Shown here: in pieces, positions 35,241 through 48,857 of the stretch
Numbering within the stretch: the stretch's first letter is position 1
How the letters are laid out: every line of letters starts with the position of its first letter
Assembly (NCBI RefSeq): GCF_001194135.2
Contig: NC_068989.1
Coordinates: 67,859,739-67,912,270 of the forward strand
DNA from: Octopus bimaculoides
Lineage: Eukaryota
DNA: 52,532 nucleotides
Reading direction: 5' to 3'
Notes under the pieces: generated by a model
Database searches by the model: none
Seen by the model: only the letters and a program-made list of their open reading frames with translations
What the model was told of the DNA's origin: nothing
Made by a program: the position numbers and the translations under genes

Positions 35241-37209
35241 AGACGTCTTATATTTGATTTCCGTTTTTCTGAAAGATTCAGTTACATATATCAAAATATC
35301 CATCTTATAGATATTGTTAATCGCTAAGGGAAGAGAATTAATTTTCGCTGTCGTCTCTACGATTGTTTTCTGAAGTATATTCTGTATATAAGTGTATTTT
35401 AAGGACGTGTTTACAGCTGAAACCAAATTTTGCTCTATCCTTATTTCATCTCTCAAGTAAGCTTTCAGCAGTTTGGATTTCACCATATTATTGCGGAAAT
35501 AATGAATTAATGGGAAAGAGCCGGTTATAATGAAAGGAACAGAAAATGTTGTATGATACTATCAGTTATCTGATCGATATTTCTATGTTCTTTTCTAAAG
35601 AGATTTTTTTTTCATAATGCTTCAGCTTTTTATTGTTAAAGGTACTTTATTCTATTTTTCTTTAACTCTTCTAATACAGATATATTGAAAACTTGTTTGG
35701 AAGTTTCAACATGGCAGCACAGGAAGCGACTTTTCTCAAACCAACTAGTGTTTACATGAGAAACAAATAAAATAGCAAACATAAGGAAAGAAGAGATGTC
35801 CGATGATATCCAAGCTAATTTTAAAATTTCATAATACTTGACATGTACACCACCCCTACCTAAACGACCTATCAAATATGATCGATTTAATCAATAACCA
35901 ATTTTAGTGTGATATTCTTACTGCTTTCATAGCCATTTCTCCAGCTTCCCTTTATCTTGTTATTCAAAATCACTTTTAGAATTGCTTCAACATCACTGAA
36001 TATCTACTGAACTGCATCAATTTGAAGAGGTATCTGTCTTTATTCCAACAGTTTGATAAACATTCTGATGCTGTCAGGCGTGTTGTTTTAAATTTTGATT
36101 GCCTAATCTTGCAGATTTACGATCCATAAATCGAAAGGGTCGGAGCAATGCATATGTGCTCTATGAACTGGAGTAACGATGGGTTTAAGAAAAGGGGACA
36201 TTTTACATTAACATTTACTATGTATCGATCTATGATTAATACTTGTATGTCATGCATTTCATTTTAAATTTCCAAAAACAAGTTCTGACTTTAAATTTGG
36301 AGGCGCAATTCTAGAGTATTTTATAACTATATTACACCGATAATAATAATAATAAATCGGCCAAACTCACATCAGGCTTGACATGTCCGGATTAAATGAC
36401 CTTTTATTGTTCATTATCATTGCATTTATCAATAATAAAAGGAATTCCGTTTATGATTATATCATTCAAGCGAATAATTACGATTAAACGAGGATCAATA
36501 GATTATTGAATAAATAACATAGTTTGTTCAAGAGTTCCGAATTAAAATCGTACTATAATAATAATCCATTCTATTTAGTTACAAAGAAAAGTAGTCTGGT
36601 GGTATGTACTTGGGTTGCACCAAGAGCTAAAAAGGCAACTCAACTCGACAAAGCTATAACTCGATAAAACATTGCTTGAGATTGTGTAATAAAGCAAATG
36701 TCTCCTACATAAAGAGAAGAGTTACTAGAATGAACAATAATATACAATTGCAATAAGATAGATTAGTTCAATGATTTAGCTATTAAATTATATTAAATAC
36801 TGACCAATTAGTAGCAACAAATAGTATCAGCAATATAAATAGCAGTCGTAGTTTTTGCTGGAGCATTTTGTCATTTATGAGAAAAATATGGCTCCCGCTA
36901 TGACTAATACATTTTTATTCGTAATTTTCATTTATAGATATCACAATTGGTGAAGAATACCAACATGGATACAGGCTTCCACATACCAATCGATAGTTCT
37001 CGACTCTTCTGACGGCGGGAGAATCAGTCAAAAAATTGTGCAATTAAATTCATCTGAAAGACACAGGTTTTCCGCTTTCCGGTGCCATCACTAGCTTATG
37101 TTTGTCCTCAAGGGACACACATAGAAGCACACACACAGGAATACACACAGGCATACACACATATATATACTAACACACATTTACACACATGCATGAAAGT
37201 TGTACCGAA

Positions 37210-37905
37210 AACAATGAAAATGTGGACATAGCTGTTATGAACTGACGTAGGACGATCCAACTCTTCCTCCATAGTAACTCTTCTTTCTGCTCTTCTTTAT
37301 TGCAGACAAATAATGAATTCCAAACAGAGGCAACGTATCGTCATTGAATTTATGACGTCACACGGGTGCAGAGTATTTGATATCAACAGAAGGTTTCAGA
37401 TTGTTAGAGAGAAGTCACCATTGAAGCAGGAATGGGAACGAGCGTATGAAGATTAAAAAAAGAGAAAACCAGCATTGAAGACAGACCGCAAACTGGAAGA
37501 CTATTACCTGCGATCACTGACATGAATCACCAGCAAATGGACAAACTGATTCGCACGGACAGATGAAACACAATCTGAGCTTGCTGCACAACTAAACCGT
37601 GAGCACGATACATTAAATATGGTGAAAAACTAGATATAAAAAATACGTGCTCGTGTAGTTGGTATCCAATTCGAAAAGAAATGTGAAAGCATGCTCCTAT
37701 CTACCGGAGCCATTTCAAACTAATGAAAATACAGTTCTTCTGATCAGATGACAATGATATGTGAGCGTATCTGTACGATGCGGGATCGGAGGCTCCGTGT
37801 ATGGAATTGAGTCACACCTCCTTTCAATCTCCAAGGAAATTCAAGAGTCGGTGATCGGCAAAGTCAGGGTGACAGCTTTTTCGATGGCCAAGGCTTCCTT
37901 CTTTA
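37210..37905 (+). mobile_element. Mariner (DD34D-like) transposase relic, N-terminal half
   Basis: QRIVIEFMTSHG, TSIEDRPQTGR, MDKLIRTDR, YDAGSEAPCMELSHTSFQSPRKFKS match mariner RAVIKF, SIEDRPRSGRP and YDPE..QSMEW.H..SP.PKKFK. Confidence 0.8.
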
Positions 37906-37941
37906 CATACATGCATACATACACACACACACACATACACA

Positions 37942-37996
<55 letters not shown>

Positions 37997-38023
37997 GTAT
38001 ATATATATATACTTATACATGTT

Positions 38024-38404
38024 GTTGGCACTCCGTTGCTTACGACGTCGAGGGTTCCAGTTGATCCAATCAACGGAACAGCCTGCTCGTGAAATTAACG
38101 TGCAAGTGGCTGAGCACTCAACAAACACGTGTACCCTTAACGTAGTTCTCGGGGATATTCAGCGTGGCACAGAGTGACAAGGCTGACCCTTTAAAGTACT
38201 GGCACAACAGAAACAGGAAGTAAGAGTGTGAGAAAGTTGTGATGAAAGAGTATAGCAGGGTTCGCCACCATCCCCTGCCGGAGCCTCGTGGAGCTTTAGG
38301 TGTTTTCGCTCAATTAACACTCACAACGCCCGGCCTGGGAATCGAAACTGTGATTCTACGACCGCGAGTTCGCTGCCCTAACCACTGGGCCATTGCGCCT
38401 CCAC
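38024..38404 (-). mobile_element. tRNA(Arg)-derived SINE family C, full-length
   Basis: Minus head GGAGGCGCAATGGCCCAGTGGTTAGGGCAGCGAACTCGCGG..GTTTCGATTCC: A box, TCG anticodon-like loop and B box. Consistent with the tRNA-derived octopus SINEs (OR families) described by Ohshima and Okada; the exact family was not verified. Confidence 0.93.
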
Positions 38405-38520
38405 ACTTATACATACATACATACATACATACATACATACTTACACTTAAAATTCTTGCATTTTAAATCAAAACTTGTTAGTTACTACGGTGACAACATT
38501 ACTTATCTACATAACTCTGA

Positions 38521-38634
<114 letters not shown>

Positions 38635-39805
38635 CTATGGCAGTGGGTATTCCCCTTTTGATTTCTCGCCTTCTTCTCTCCATTTATTAATATGTTGTGA
38701 CAGACAGATAGACGGAGATCAACTTATCTTTTACAATATAATATTATGAATAAAGAAGAATTTTAATATTTACTCAGTGAGTAGGTGGTATAGGAATGTC
38801 AATGTGAGTGATTAGATGTTTTATAATGACTTAAGCCTGCTATATTCTGTGTAGTATTCAATGTTTCATATTAGCTCGTGTTCTCTGTTAGTATAAAAGT
38901 CGTTTCCGGTCGTGGCATAATGAATATGTGAGACGCAAAACGGTATCATGATCATTGGCTGAATCTGGTATGTAGCTTTTTGTACTAGCATTGATTTAAA
39001 ATATACATTTTTAATCTCAAGGTAGCTCAAACGACGCTGTAAGTTTACAGCTCTATTCGGTCTGTGATTGGCCGAATAAACAGGCTCCCTCTACTACGTC
39101 CGAACAGGCTTTCTCTATTACGCCACATATATAATGTGGCTGCGGCCATATTTAATTGAGTTCCTTCTTTCGCATCCATAAGGCTTGTAGTTTTGGTCTA
39201 TCGTATTAACGCTGGCGTCTCTCAATCAAGAATCATTCTTCATGCACGTGCGCTAGCAGTATCGACAAAACTCAATGCTGTCATCTCCCATCTTTCCTAG
39301 AAACACTTCTATCAAGTCTCTTTCTATAGACGCGAAGTACATCTAATGTTCTCACGCATTCATTCAGTCAACGCTTCCACACTACACACATCTCTATAAA
39401 ACACAACTTACTTCTTTACAGAAATATACAAGACATTAACATTGTACGTAACCCACTGCTACAATAAACTTTACTATTGAACAATTTGAGCTTTGTCGTC
39501 TATCTCTGTATACCAACCACAAGTTGAATTTTGTCTGTCTGTCTCTGTATACCAATTACTATTGAATGAACACACAGACACAGTATCCACAACTATCGTC
39601 GCCAACATCGTCTTTTCAACCAGCAACTACGAAGTCAACCTGACGTGAGAACAACTTTTGTTAAACTAATAACCAACGGACAACGTTAAGGTGGTGGTAT
39701 TCTCTTACCCACTACACTAGTCAACCCGACTGTGAACACTCCATTGGGCCATAGATACACGTTAGCTATGAAGATGGTGAACTCACCATGCTAGTGACCA
39801 ATTTA

Positions 39806-40312
39806 CTAGACTGGTGATGCCATCGCTAAAGGTATTTCTGTTTGCTGCTGTTTAATTCTTTGGTAAAGTTGTCTTCCAAAACTTAATACAAATTTGTCAA
39901 AGGGGTGACATCTACCAAAAAAATTTTCTTCTATTTGGTAATTATCATTTATTTTTTCTTTTAAACAAGAGTTCAGATGATTCGCTTCTAGTGTCATCAG
40001 AAAGCAACTTTGATATAATATTTCATATATCACTATTAAAAGTGTTAAAGTATCGAATGAAATGGCTTTTAGAATAAAAGAACACAATATTGCAAGAAAA
40101 ATAGAATGGCACATAGAAATATCGACTGCATATTGATAAGTTCTTTCAACTCTTTCCCTTTCATTATAACAGGCTTTTTTTAGTCTATTCTTTCCGATCA
40201 GCTCATTATTTTTGCAATAATATGGTAAATCCAAGATTGTTGAAAGTTTCATTAATGGAATAAATGAAGATAGAGTTAACCTTGACCTGAGCCGTATATA
40301 CGTTCTCAACAT
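39806..40312 (-). CDS. 168-codon ORF of unknown function with a central hydrophobic segment; part of decayed multi-TM gene copy B (to ~41160)
   Basis: Long stop-free frame in AT-rich DNA. The paralog at 35400-35840 translates similarly (LRT..KLS..PYYCxNNELxGKxRL; FIxK..LTLLIxIY; RCxxxxKxxLxF). It could be a pseudogene remnant. Confidence 0.4.
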   Translation of the reverse strand: MLRTYIRLRSRLTLSSFIPLMKLSTILDLPYYCKNNELIGKNRLKKACYNERERVERTYQYAVDISMCHSIFLAILCSFILKAISFDTLTLLIVIYEILYQSCFLMTLEANHLNSCLKEKINDNYQIEENFFGRCHPFDKFVLSFGRQLYQRIKQQQTEIPLAMASPV

Positions 40313-40675
40313 ACATTTTATTAATTTGAGTAATAAGTTTCAAATAAAGGCTGCACAGACGACGATGTATATTCAGCATCTGTTCTAAATATATAACGTA
40401 TACACAAGACGAATATTTCAATAAATGTAATGATTGAATCTTTCAAACAAAAGGAAAAGAAAATAGATAAGACATCTAGGTAGCTCTAAATAGAATATAT
40501 GTGCATTTATTATACTTTAGCATTATATTGTTACTGAAAATCTCATCGAACCAATGCATGGGACTGGTTTAAAAAAATCTTTATTAAAATTTGATTGTAT
40601 CTCAACTTTCTGAATTAAATGTATAAAAGAATTTAAACTTTTGTTATATTATCTTGAAGCATTGAAGCAGAGTCT

Positions 40676-40678
40676 CTA

Positions 40679-40775
<97 letters not shown>
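40676..40775 (+). repeat. Compound (CT)n(CA)n(TA)n microsatellite
   Basis: Directly visible. Confidence 0.97.
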
Positions 40776-41289
40776 CCAGACTTTTTCACAAACCGTTCAC
40801 AAAATGGAAATATATTTCTGTACTATGAGCAAAAGAAAATGCTTGGGCAAACAAAATAAATTTTACCCGAATTTTTACTGATGTACACCACTAATTTCCT
40901 TCGGCTCAAGTATACATTGCATTCATTATTTTGTATTATTCTCTACTAAAAGGGGAAAGGATATTCATTTAATTCTTCAAATATGCTTTGGGATTGGAAG
41001 GGAAGTTTATAACATTCAATAGATTGTATGTTATAAAATATATTGTTTGTGAAAGTCATATGACAAGATATAGCAAATCATAAGTTTATACCTAACACTA
41101 TATTCTACAATTACGAAATAAATCCATGCAATGTAACAACCATAATATTAGCAACTTTTATTGCACACTAGAATATTATCTATTTGAATATCGGTTTAGA
41201 GAGCTATGATGTACACAGATAACATAAGACAAATATATATTTTATTATGTGGGTTATCAAAGGGAAACGATATGGAAAATTGTGTGCAT

Positions 41290-41323
<34 letters not shown>

Positions 41324-42073
41324 TTTAAATGACTGAGATTGATACAGAAGACAGAGTGTACTGGAAGCTTTATTAAGCACCACGATCGTTTCGGATGACT
41401 TCTGCATAGCTCCTTTATGTGTGGGGACGATTTAATGGAATCAAATGCACCCCATAGTGCAGAAGAAACCTCCTCAGATTACATCATAGGCTTCAGTGTT
41501 ATAGGATGTATATTTCCCTAGTATGTGTGACAGGATGATGTTGGTTGCCTATGTGTGTTTGTAGTAGTTCACAAATACATTAATGAGCAGATGACTGGTG
41601 TACATTCGGGGAGTGGTTGACAAAGAATACGAAAATCCAATGTAAAGAATGAATTGTCCCTTAATTGTGACTAGGGTGTTAAAAAAAACATCTACATTGC
41701 TAAAAATAAGAGCTAAAATGCTCTAATGCTGTAAACGTACATGAATGAAAACATATACATTGACAAGGCCCATAGAGAAGCAGGTCCGGAAATTGCCGAA
41801 CACCGAACTGGCTTAACTAATGATGGCAACGGAAATTACTGAAATTGACGCGTAAGTCTTAAGAATTCTCGGTCGGTATTTTTCAGACAATCACAGTCCC
41901 TGTTAGTGTATATGTTTTCATTCCTGTGCGTGAACAACAGCATTAGAGCCTTTTAGGTCTTATTCCTGGCAATGTAGGTACTTTTTAACACTCTAGTCAC
42001 ATTTAGTGACAATTATAATTCTTTTATTTGGTGAAACATTGCAACCTGCTATTTACATTAATTTTGTATCTAC

Positions 42074-42181
<108 letters not shown>

Positions 42182-42499
42182 CACCCTGTGATTCATTAGA
42201 AATTCACTCATGATTTCACATAGCATATTCTGAATTTTCGTGAAGGAAAAATTGGTTCTATCCCGTAGACCACTCGAAATACCTATCCTTATTGGTCAAG
42301 GAAGGTCACATTGTCGAAACAGTTGTGGACATCTTTTAAGACGGTCTCAAGAGTTTCGACCGCGTGATCAATAATAATCGGAGTTACTTTGATTAATAAT
42401 ATTCAATATTACTAATATAATGTTAAGGAAACACCCCAGCTTGTAATTAACAACAAGGGGACCGATGTCGTGTAGATAAGATCTCATTTTTATGGATTT

Positions 42500-43190
42500 A
42501 TACATAATAGGCTAGGTTGTTTAGAAGCCTAGATATACTCCTGCATTTTTATCACTCTTTCCGAGAGAATACTGAATGCTTTGCTATCTGGATTGTCAAC
42601 GTCTGCAGTTACTTGGAATAGGAGGTAGCTGTACGGAATATGTGAAGTATTACTTGCTATGGTAGAGTTCTCCGTTACTTGATCCATAAGTAACCAGATT
42701 AACTGGCACAAGCAACTAAAAAAGTTCCTTTACCAAAAATCGTAAAGATGGTGATATTAACAACTCTTGAAAGTGTCTGAAGTCAACTCTATATGTTTTT
42801 TCAAAAGCAGCATACAACTTATTTGTAATGTAAAAAAAAAAAAAAATATATATATATGCTAGATATACAACTGATTTGTAAGAACATATTCTTGATGGAC
42901 AGCTAAATTTTCTTTGACACTTAAAAGTTGGTTGTTGATATGGTGATCCGCATTCGATTGTAAAAGATTGTATGAGAAATGAGACCATCCAAGCAAGATT
43001 GGCTGACCTTAAACATATGGGTATTGAAAAGCTTAGTGTCTTTATTTGTTTGAAGGTAATATAGCCCAAATAAAAGTACGAAATGTCTGATATGTTCGTG
43101 ATAATGCCAGAAGTATGGGATTGCGTGAATGAAAATATGTTTGCCTTCCTTTGCTTTTTCTGTTGTTGAGAGGGTTGGGCAGTTTCCATA
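42500..43190 (-). mobile_element. Penelope-like element relic: RT C-terminal/linker and start of GIY-YIG
   Basis: KQRKANIF.., KLFNTHMFKVSQSC (KIFNRNTVKVSYSC-like) and KCQRKFSCPSRICSYKSVVYLA (CxCRxKxxCP..C..KSVVY-like); same region as 46230-46960. Confidence 0.65.
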
Positions 43191-43261
43191 TACGAAAAAA
43201 TGCATTCTCGGCTGTTTTAGAAAGATTAGTTACCTGCCATATAAATATTTATGCAGGTGCG

Positions 43262-43465
43262 TGACTTTGGGATTAGGGGTGGCGTTCACGATCGTAAGTT
43301 TGTGGTTTCGATTCCTGGACCGGGTGGTGCGTTGTGATCTTGAGCAAAACACTTCATTTGATGTTGCTGCAGTCCAGTCAGCTGGCGACAACGAGTAATC
43401 CTATGAAGGACCTGTTCAGGTGGGGAATATGTACGTCACAACATCCTATGGCTCAGGAAGCATTT
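43262..43465 (+). mobile_element. tRNA-derived SINE (family C-like head, different body)
   Basis: GGATTAGGG..GTGGTTTCGATTCCTGGACCGGG (B box) followed by CTTGAGCAAAACACTT. Confidence 0.7.
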
Positions 43466-43473
43466 ATGTACAT

Positions 43474-43509
<36 letters not shown>

Positions 43510-43562
43510 ACACACACACACGCACGCACACACGCACGCACGCACACACACANNNNNNNNNN

Positions 43563-43602
<40 letters not shown>

Positions 43603-44809
43603 CATACATATATGTATGTATATACCTAAATATATGCATATATACTCACACACACATGTATATATGTATATTTATATACATGATGGGGTCTGTGCATAGA
43701 TTTCTTTTACCAAATAGCCCTCACAAGATACTGGTTGACAGATCTAAGGTTCTGATAAGATACTCTTGATCTATTTTCTGCTCAGTGAAGCCGAAAGACA
43801 GGCGAACTTACTTCACATCTATGCCTTCGTCATGTAGTACTAGGCTAATACAAATTGTTTATTGCTGCTTGACCCGGTGTCAACCTTGATCAAACATACT
43901 TATGACTAAATACACTACAACTATGGAAAGCTCGCATTTTTACGTTTATTTAGGACACTGCGATCTTCCATTTTTTAAGACGGTAAGGTTATTTTAGAGA
44001 GTTTTGGCTGCTATTTCTTGATGGTTGAGCAATTATAAAGAGTTTCACAAGTTAGTTCGGACAGAAAAAAAGCTGTTATATATGGGGTTATAATGGTCCA
44101 ATGGATCTCACTACGTCTGTAACTTCAGTAGGCATTTTGGCTTCACATAGTCCCGGGTTATACTTCCTTGGAAAAATTTGTTTCTGTTAAAATTCCAGTC
44201 GTCAGCAACTTATGTATTGGGGCTTGTTGCAGAGGAATTTAAATTGATGAAGCTAGCTTTAGCGGCTGTCTATATTTCCGAGCGATCAATTTAGAAATAA
44301 ACCCGATTTCTTCGTCACTATATTTAACAATAAAAAACACGTTCAATTTGTAGAGCCAAACTCAAAATCAGCAGGCTTTGAAGACATAAACATACGTTTT
44401 TACCTTTCCAGTCTTTTCGTAATAAATACAAATTATTGGAAATATTATAATTATATTAATTTCAATCGATGTTCATTGAGTGGGAGAACAAAATATTGAT
44501 TAAAATGTTTTTGTCTAGGTATAACAAAGAAGACAATTGTGACGTATTTATTAAATCTAGTCAAAAATTTTAAATATCGGTTAACCTGTCGATTCCTTCA
44601 GTCACTATTCAGTGTAATGAATTAAAGAAAACTTCAAGTTGCTGCCTAACAAAGCAAATATCGATTTCTGTTAGGAGACCTCTGGAAAGAGAGACCTTGT
44701 TGAAGAAGTAAAATAAAAACAAACATTACACAACTTGGGTAGAACGGAAAAATGTATTATTGCGATATCTTGGCAGAAATAATGGACAAACACACGACAA
44801 AAGAAAACA

Positions 44810-45025
44810 TACATACGAACATACGCAAATACGCACATACATACACACATACATACATACATATATACATACATACATACATACATACATACATACGTAC
44901 ACACACACATACATGCATACTTGCATACGCATATACATACGTACTCACACATACATGCATACATACATAAGAACATAAATACACACACACACACACTCAC
45001 ACACACACACACACACACACGCATA
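44810..45025 (+). repeat. (CATA)n/(CA)n microsatellite tract
   Basis: Directly visible. Confidence 0.95.
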
Positions 45026-45469
45026 TAAGAGAGATATATTCTCCACGGTAACTGCATTGTATTTGCCTTTTAGCAGGTGAAAGATGTCAGAAACATTTCA
45101 ACAAACCTGAATTCTGCTTATGCCTAAACGCTGTTTAGCGCTAATATTTTTGTTATTTTCCTTGATCAGGCGATCTAGTAGCGTAAATCAGCCAACGTTT
45201 ATTATACATGAAGTTGTGGCTTTATAAGTTCGTTCAGAGTTCCATCTCTTAGGTACATCTCATTGACAAGAGCCAAGAAACTTGAAGCATCGATGTCTGG
45301 GATTCGTATTAGATGGCGACACTGAAAGAACCGGGTGTTTTCACACATAAGAAAGATATATACTCCACAGTAACTGAAGTGTATTTGCATTTTTGGCAGT
45401 TGAAATGAATCACAAGCATATTTCAACTATCCTAAATTCTGCACACACACACACACGCACAAACACAAA

Positions 45470-45504
<35 letters not shown>

Positions 45505-46229
45505 GCATATATATATGATGTTAAGCAAAGGAATGTTTTAAAATGTGTGAAGTTTAATATGGCTGTTTCAGCATTAAATTTCTTATTGTTTCATCAAAGT
45601 AGAAAGCAAACATTTTGTAACCGCATATTTTAACAATATTCTCTTTTATTTCGTATCATCTGTCGCTAATCTTGGCGGTATTAGAAATATAACTTAATGT
45701 TTAGATAGTGAATGGCGTTTTGACTAAACCTCTTACCAGAGTTGACATGAGAGCCAACAAAGACAACTCCACCATCACCGCTACCATTACCACCACCACC
45801 ACCACCTCCGCCATCGCCGCCGTCACCACTACCTCATTTGAAACTCTAACGTAGATTCGGGGAGCCGAAAATTTATCTGATATAACCTTTAACAGTAAAT
45901 ACCTAAATATCATAGCATGCATTAACTTTTAAGATGAACTTCATTCAATTGAGTGTAAAGCTCAATTGAATAATTTTTTCCGGTAGAGAGTGGAGGCAAT
46001 TAAAGGTCTCTCTTTTCCTCTCTCTCCCCATCTCTCTCCCCATCCCTCTCTCCCTCTTACTCTCTCTATCTGTCATAATTTTCTTCACACATATTCACGC
46101 ACAAATACTTTCCACCAACTAACACTTTTTCTACTCATACCACAAGCCATATAAATCCCTAAATTACATACATATTTATTCCACTCACTCTGAAACAAAC
46201 ATCAACTACATAGTATCCAACATCTCCTG

Positions 46230-46960
46230 TTGATTATCATACTTTTCTGTCAACGAGCAAATATTGCCAAGTACAGTTCCTTACTTAGTTGATGCATTAT
46301 CTAGAAGAATTTATAAAGGAAATGTCTGTTACATAAACTCAGCCCCATTTCAGTAGCACCAAGAAAGAAACTGTCACAGAAAAGAAAATATTACGGGATT
46401 CACACCTCCCTACAGCATCAGTGTAGCTTTGACGATCGCCGAACACTTCCTCGCTTTACTTGGAAAACATTTCTCAAAACACAAGTTCTATGAAATGTAC
46501 AACAAAGATACCATTAAAATTGTGTATTTAATCAACTCCGAATATAACCAGCTGTTACCCACACCTAACTTCGAAAAGTTCGATAAAAATAATAACCACA
46601 CTCCTATCAAATCCTACACCTGCGCCAACACCAGCATTCACTCGCTCAATAACAATTGCTTGGTTAAGGACATTATCTGCAAACGTATAGCCAACACCAA
46701 TAAGTCTTCTAAAGCCTAAGCATGTATTGCTTTCAACCTCTTCAAATGTAGATACGATTCACATACTTATTTAAAGAATCTCAATAAATTGAATCAAAGC
46801 CCATTATTTGCTAATCCCACGAGCTTATGAAAGCAAATCAAGAATACACAGTCCAAATCTTTCTACTAACGAAAATTTGACAATCCTATTCTCTCAATAA
46901 GACCATTTTAGCATAAGCCCCGAAAGGAGTATTTTAACTCATAAAATCTACAGGGCATAT
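46230..46960 (+). mobile_element. Penelope-like element relic: linker plus GIY-YIG region
   Basis: RKENITGFTPPYSISV..IAEHFLALLGKHFSKHKFYEMYNKDTIKIVY (RKRNIIWFNPPY..FL.L..KHF..KIFN) and LNNNCLVKDII (CPLxxxCL..IVY). Confidence 0.75.
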
Positions 46961-47564
46961 AAAAACTGCAATGTTTCCGATTTTACCAATCAGTGACTGT
47001 TTTAGAAACTAATCCATTTTCAGCTATGTTCACTTGCTCATTTATGAATCACATATTATTTCTATATTCATATATATACACATAATAATATATTAAAAAA
47101 AGTATATACATATATCACATTTATATGGGCACATATGAATATAAACACAAGCATATACATATTATTTCGTCTTGTCATTTCCTGTTAACTAAGTCACTAC
47201 TTTCTTCACACATTATTATTTTCCAAATTATTATTTTAAAACACATACCTTCTTTCGTTAATCAAATATATGGTGAAAGAGTGTAAATTGTATGAAGAAC
47301 TTACGTTGCAATATATTGCAAATGTATTCTTTCAAAAGTATGAAGCTTGACATTTCTTCAGCGTGGAACGGGAGAACATCTGATCTTGGAGACCATGTAT
47401 AACTTCGTGACCAGTGTACGTAAAAGATCTTATGTTCAGCATGCAATAATTGAAACCTTCTCACACTGGCCAAAGTAAGCAACATAAAACTTATTTCCTT
47501 TGGTTAAACATATGGCTACTCTTTATAGAAAAAAATGTAGAAGTCGATTAAATTCATTAGTTTT

Positions 47565-47650
47565 AACACTGTTACTTATTTTTCCGCGGAGTAATGAAAG
47601 GCAAATCAGCAATCGCTTGGATTCCAATTCAAACGCAGACAGACATTGAC
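47565..47650 (-). mobile_element. Very degenerate SINE family A fragment
   Basis: TACTTATT..GGAGTAATGAAAGGCAAA core. Confidence 0.35.
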
Positions 47651-48013
47651 AACTAATGTAAATATCTCTATTGATTGTATCACTTTAGTAACGTTCTTAA
47701 GAAAGAAATATGAAGAAAAACAAACGATATAAATCCTTATATTCCAAAATAAAAAATACTGATTCATATTGAATAGAAAATATTAATCAGTTATAAGAAA
47801 TTAAGATCTGATATTGTGATAGGAAGTTCTAAAGAATTCTTAATAAAACAAAATCAATGGTTTGATAGATTGAATAATAAAAAAAAAACAAATTTTAATC
47901 ACCTATATCAATATAAATATGCATAATGTATAATAATCAATATATAATAATAGTTGATATAAATGTTGGTCGATTTCTCCAAACAGGTTTAACATCGTAT
48001 AGAAAGTAAGTGT

Positions 48014-48081
<68 letters not shown>

Positions 48082-48299
48082 AGAGAGAGATACTGCGAGA
48101 ATTCGCGTAAGAAATGCAGAATGAGAACACATAGTAGGCCTGGTGGCAGGAGGAGACGAGAGAGTAAATGACAGAGTAATTATGGAGTTGTATGAAATGA
48201 ACAAAAAATGCATTACATAATTATATTTAAAGGTAACAAATGTATATATATTTTTGAAAATTGCTATTCATCTCATCTTTTTGTATTAGAGTTAACGAT

Positions 48300-48450
48300 G
48301 GAGAATTGCCTTGAAGAATTTTAGTCGAAAAAATTGGCCCCTGTACCAATATTTTAAAGCCTGGTACTTATTCTATCGGTCTCTTTCTCGGGATGTAAAC
48401 ACCGGTTATCAAGCGATGGTGAGGTAAAAAACGCACAAAGACACACACAC
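48300..48450 (-). mobile_element. SINE family B fragment
   Basis: GCCTTGAAG.ATTTTAGTCGAA..AAGCCTGGTACTTATTCTATCGGTCTCTTT..GTAAACACCGGTTATCAAGCGATGG. Confidence 0.75.
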
Positions 48451-48457
48451 GCACACA

Positions 48458-48552
48458 CACACGATCATACACACGCACACACGATCATACACACGCACAC
48501 ACGATCATACACACGCACACACACACACGATCATACACACGCACACACACAC
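48458..48552 (+). repeat. ~20-bp minisatellite (ACACGATCATACACACGCAC) x4
   Basis: Four GATCATACACACGCAC units with variable CA spacers. Confidence 0.9.
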
Positions 48553-48815
48553 TTGACGGATTTTCAAAAAAAACTTCCATCTGCCATATCCCATATGCAC
48601 TCACAAAAGCTATGNNNNNNNNNNNNNNNNNNNNNNNNNNNNNNNNNNNNNNNNNNNNNNNNNNNNNNNNNNNNNNNNNNNNNNNNNNNNNNNNNNNNNN
48701 NNNNNNNNNNNNNNNNNNNNNNNNNNNNNNNNNNNNNNNNNNNNNNNNNNNNNNNNNNNNNNNNNNNNNNNNNNNNNNNNNNNNNNNNNNNNNNNNNNNN
48801 NNNNNNNNNNNNNNN

Positions 48816-48857
<42 letters not shown>

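Larger units (their letters stand above)
33950..35840 (+). pseudogene. Decayed multi-TM (possibly class A GPCR) gene, copy A, interrupted by microsatellites, a gap and a PLE terminal repeat
   Basis: IPILCVIGIV(+1)NV at 33955 (TM1-like), ILVYSLAY (TM2-like), SSLRLFSEVY (TM3 E-x-Y-like), PYYCGNNELMGK and FIVKGTLFYFSLTLLIQIY. Inverted homology to 39806-41160. The family call is inference. Confidence 0.4.

Noticed and set aside
35091-35486. Minus-strand 131-aa ORF MVKSKLLKAYLRDE..
   Set aside because: The equivalent frame in the paralog at 40.2-40.4 kb has several stops, and the ORF runs into a microsatellite; likely an antisense shadow.
38335-38404. tRNA-Arg gene
   Set aside because: The tRNA-like head lacks a complete acceptor stem and T-run terminator, and continues into a body shared with another copy; it is a SINE.
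47258-47485. Possible mariner YSPDL region
   Set aside because: Match too degenerate to support.
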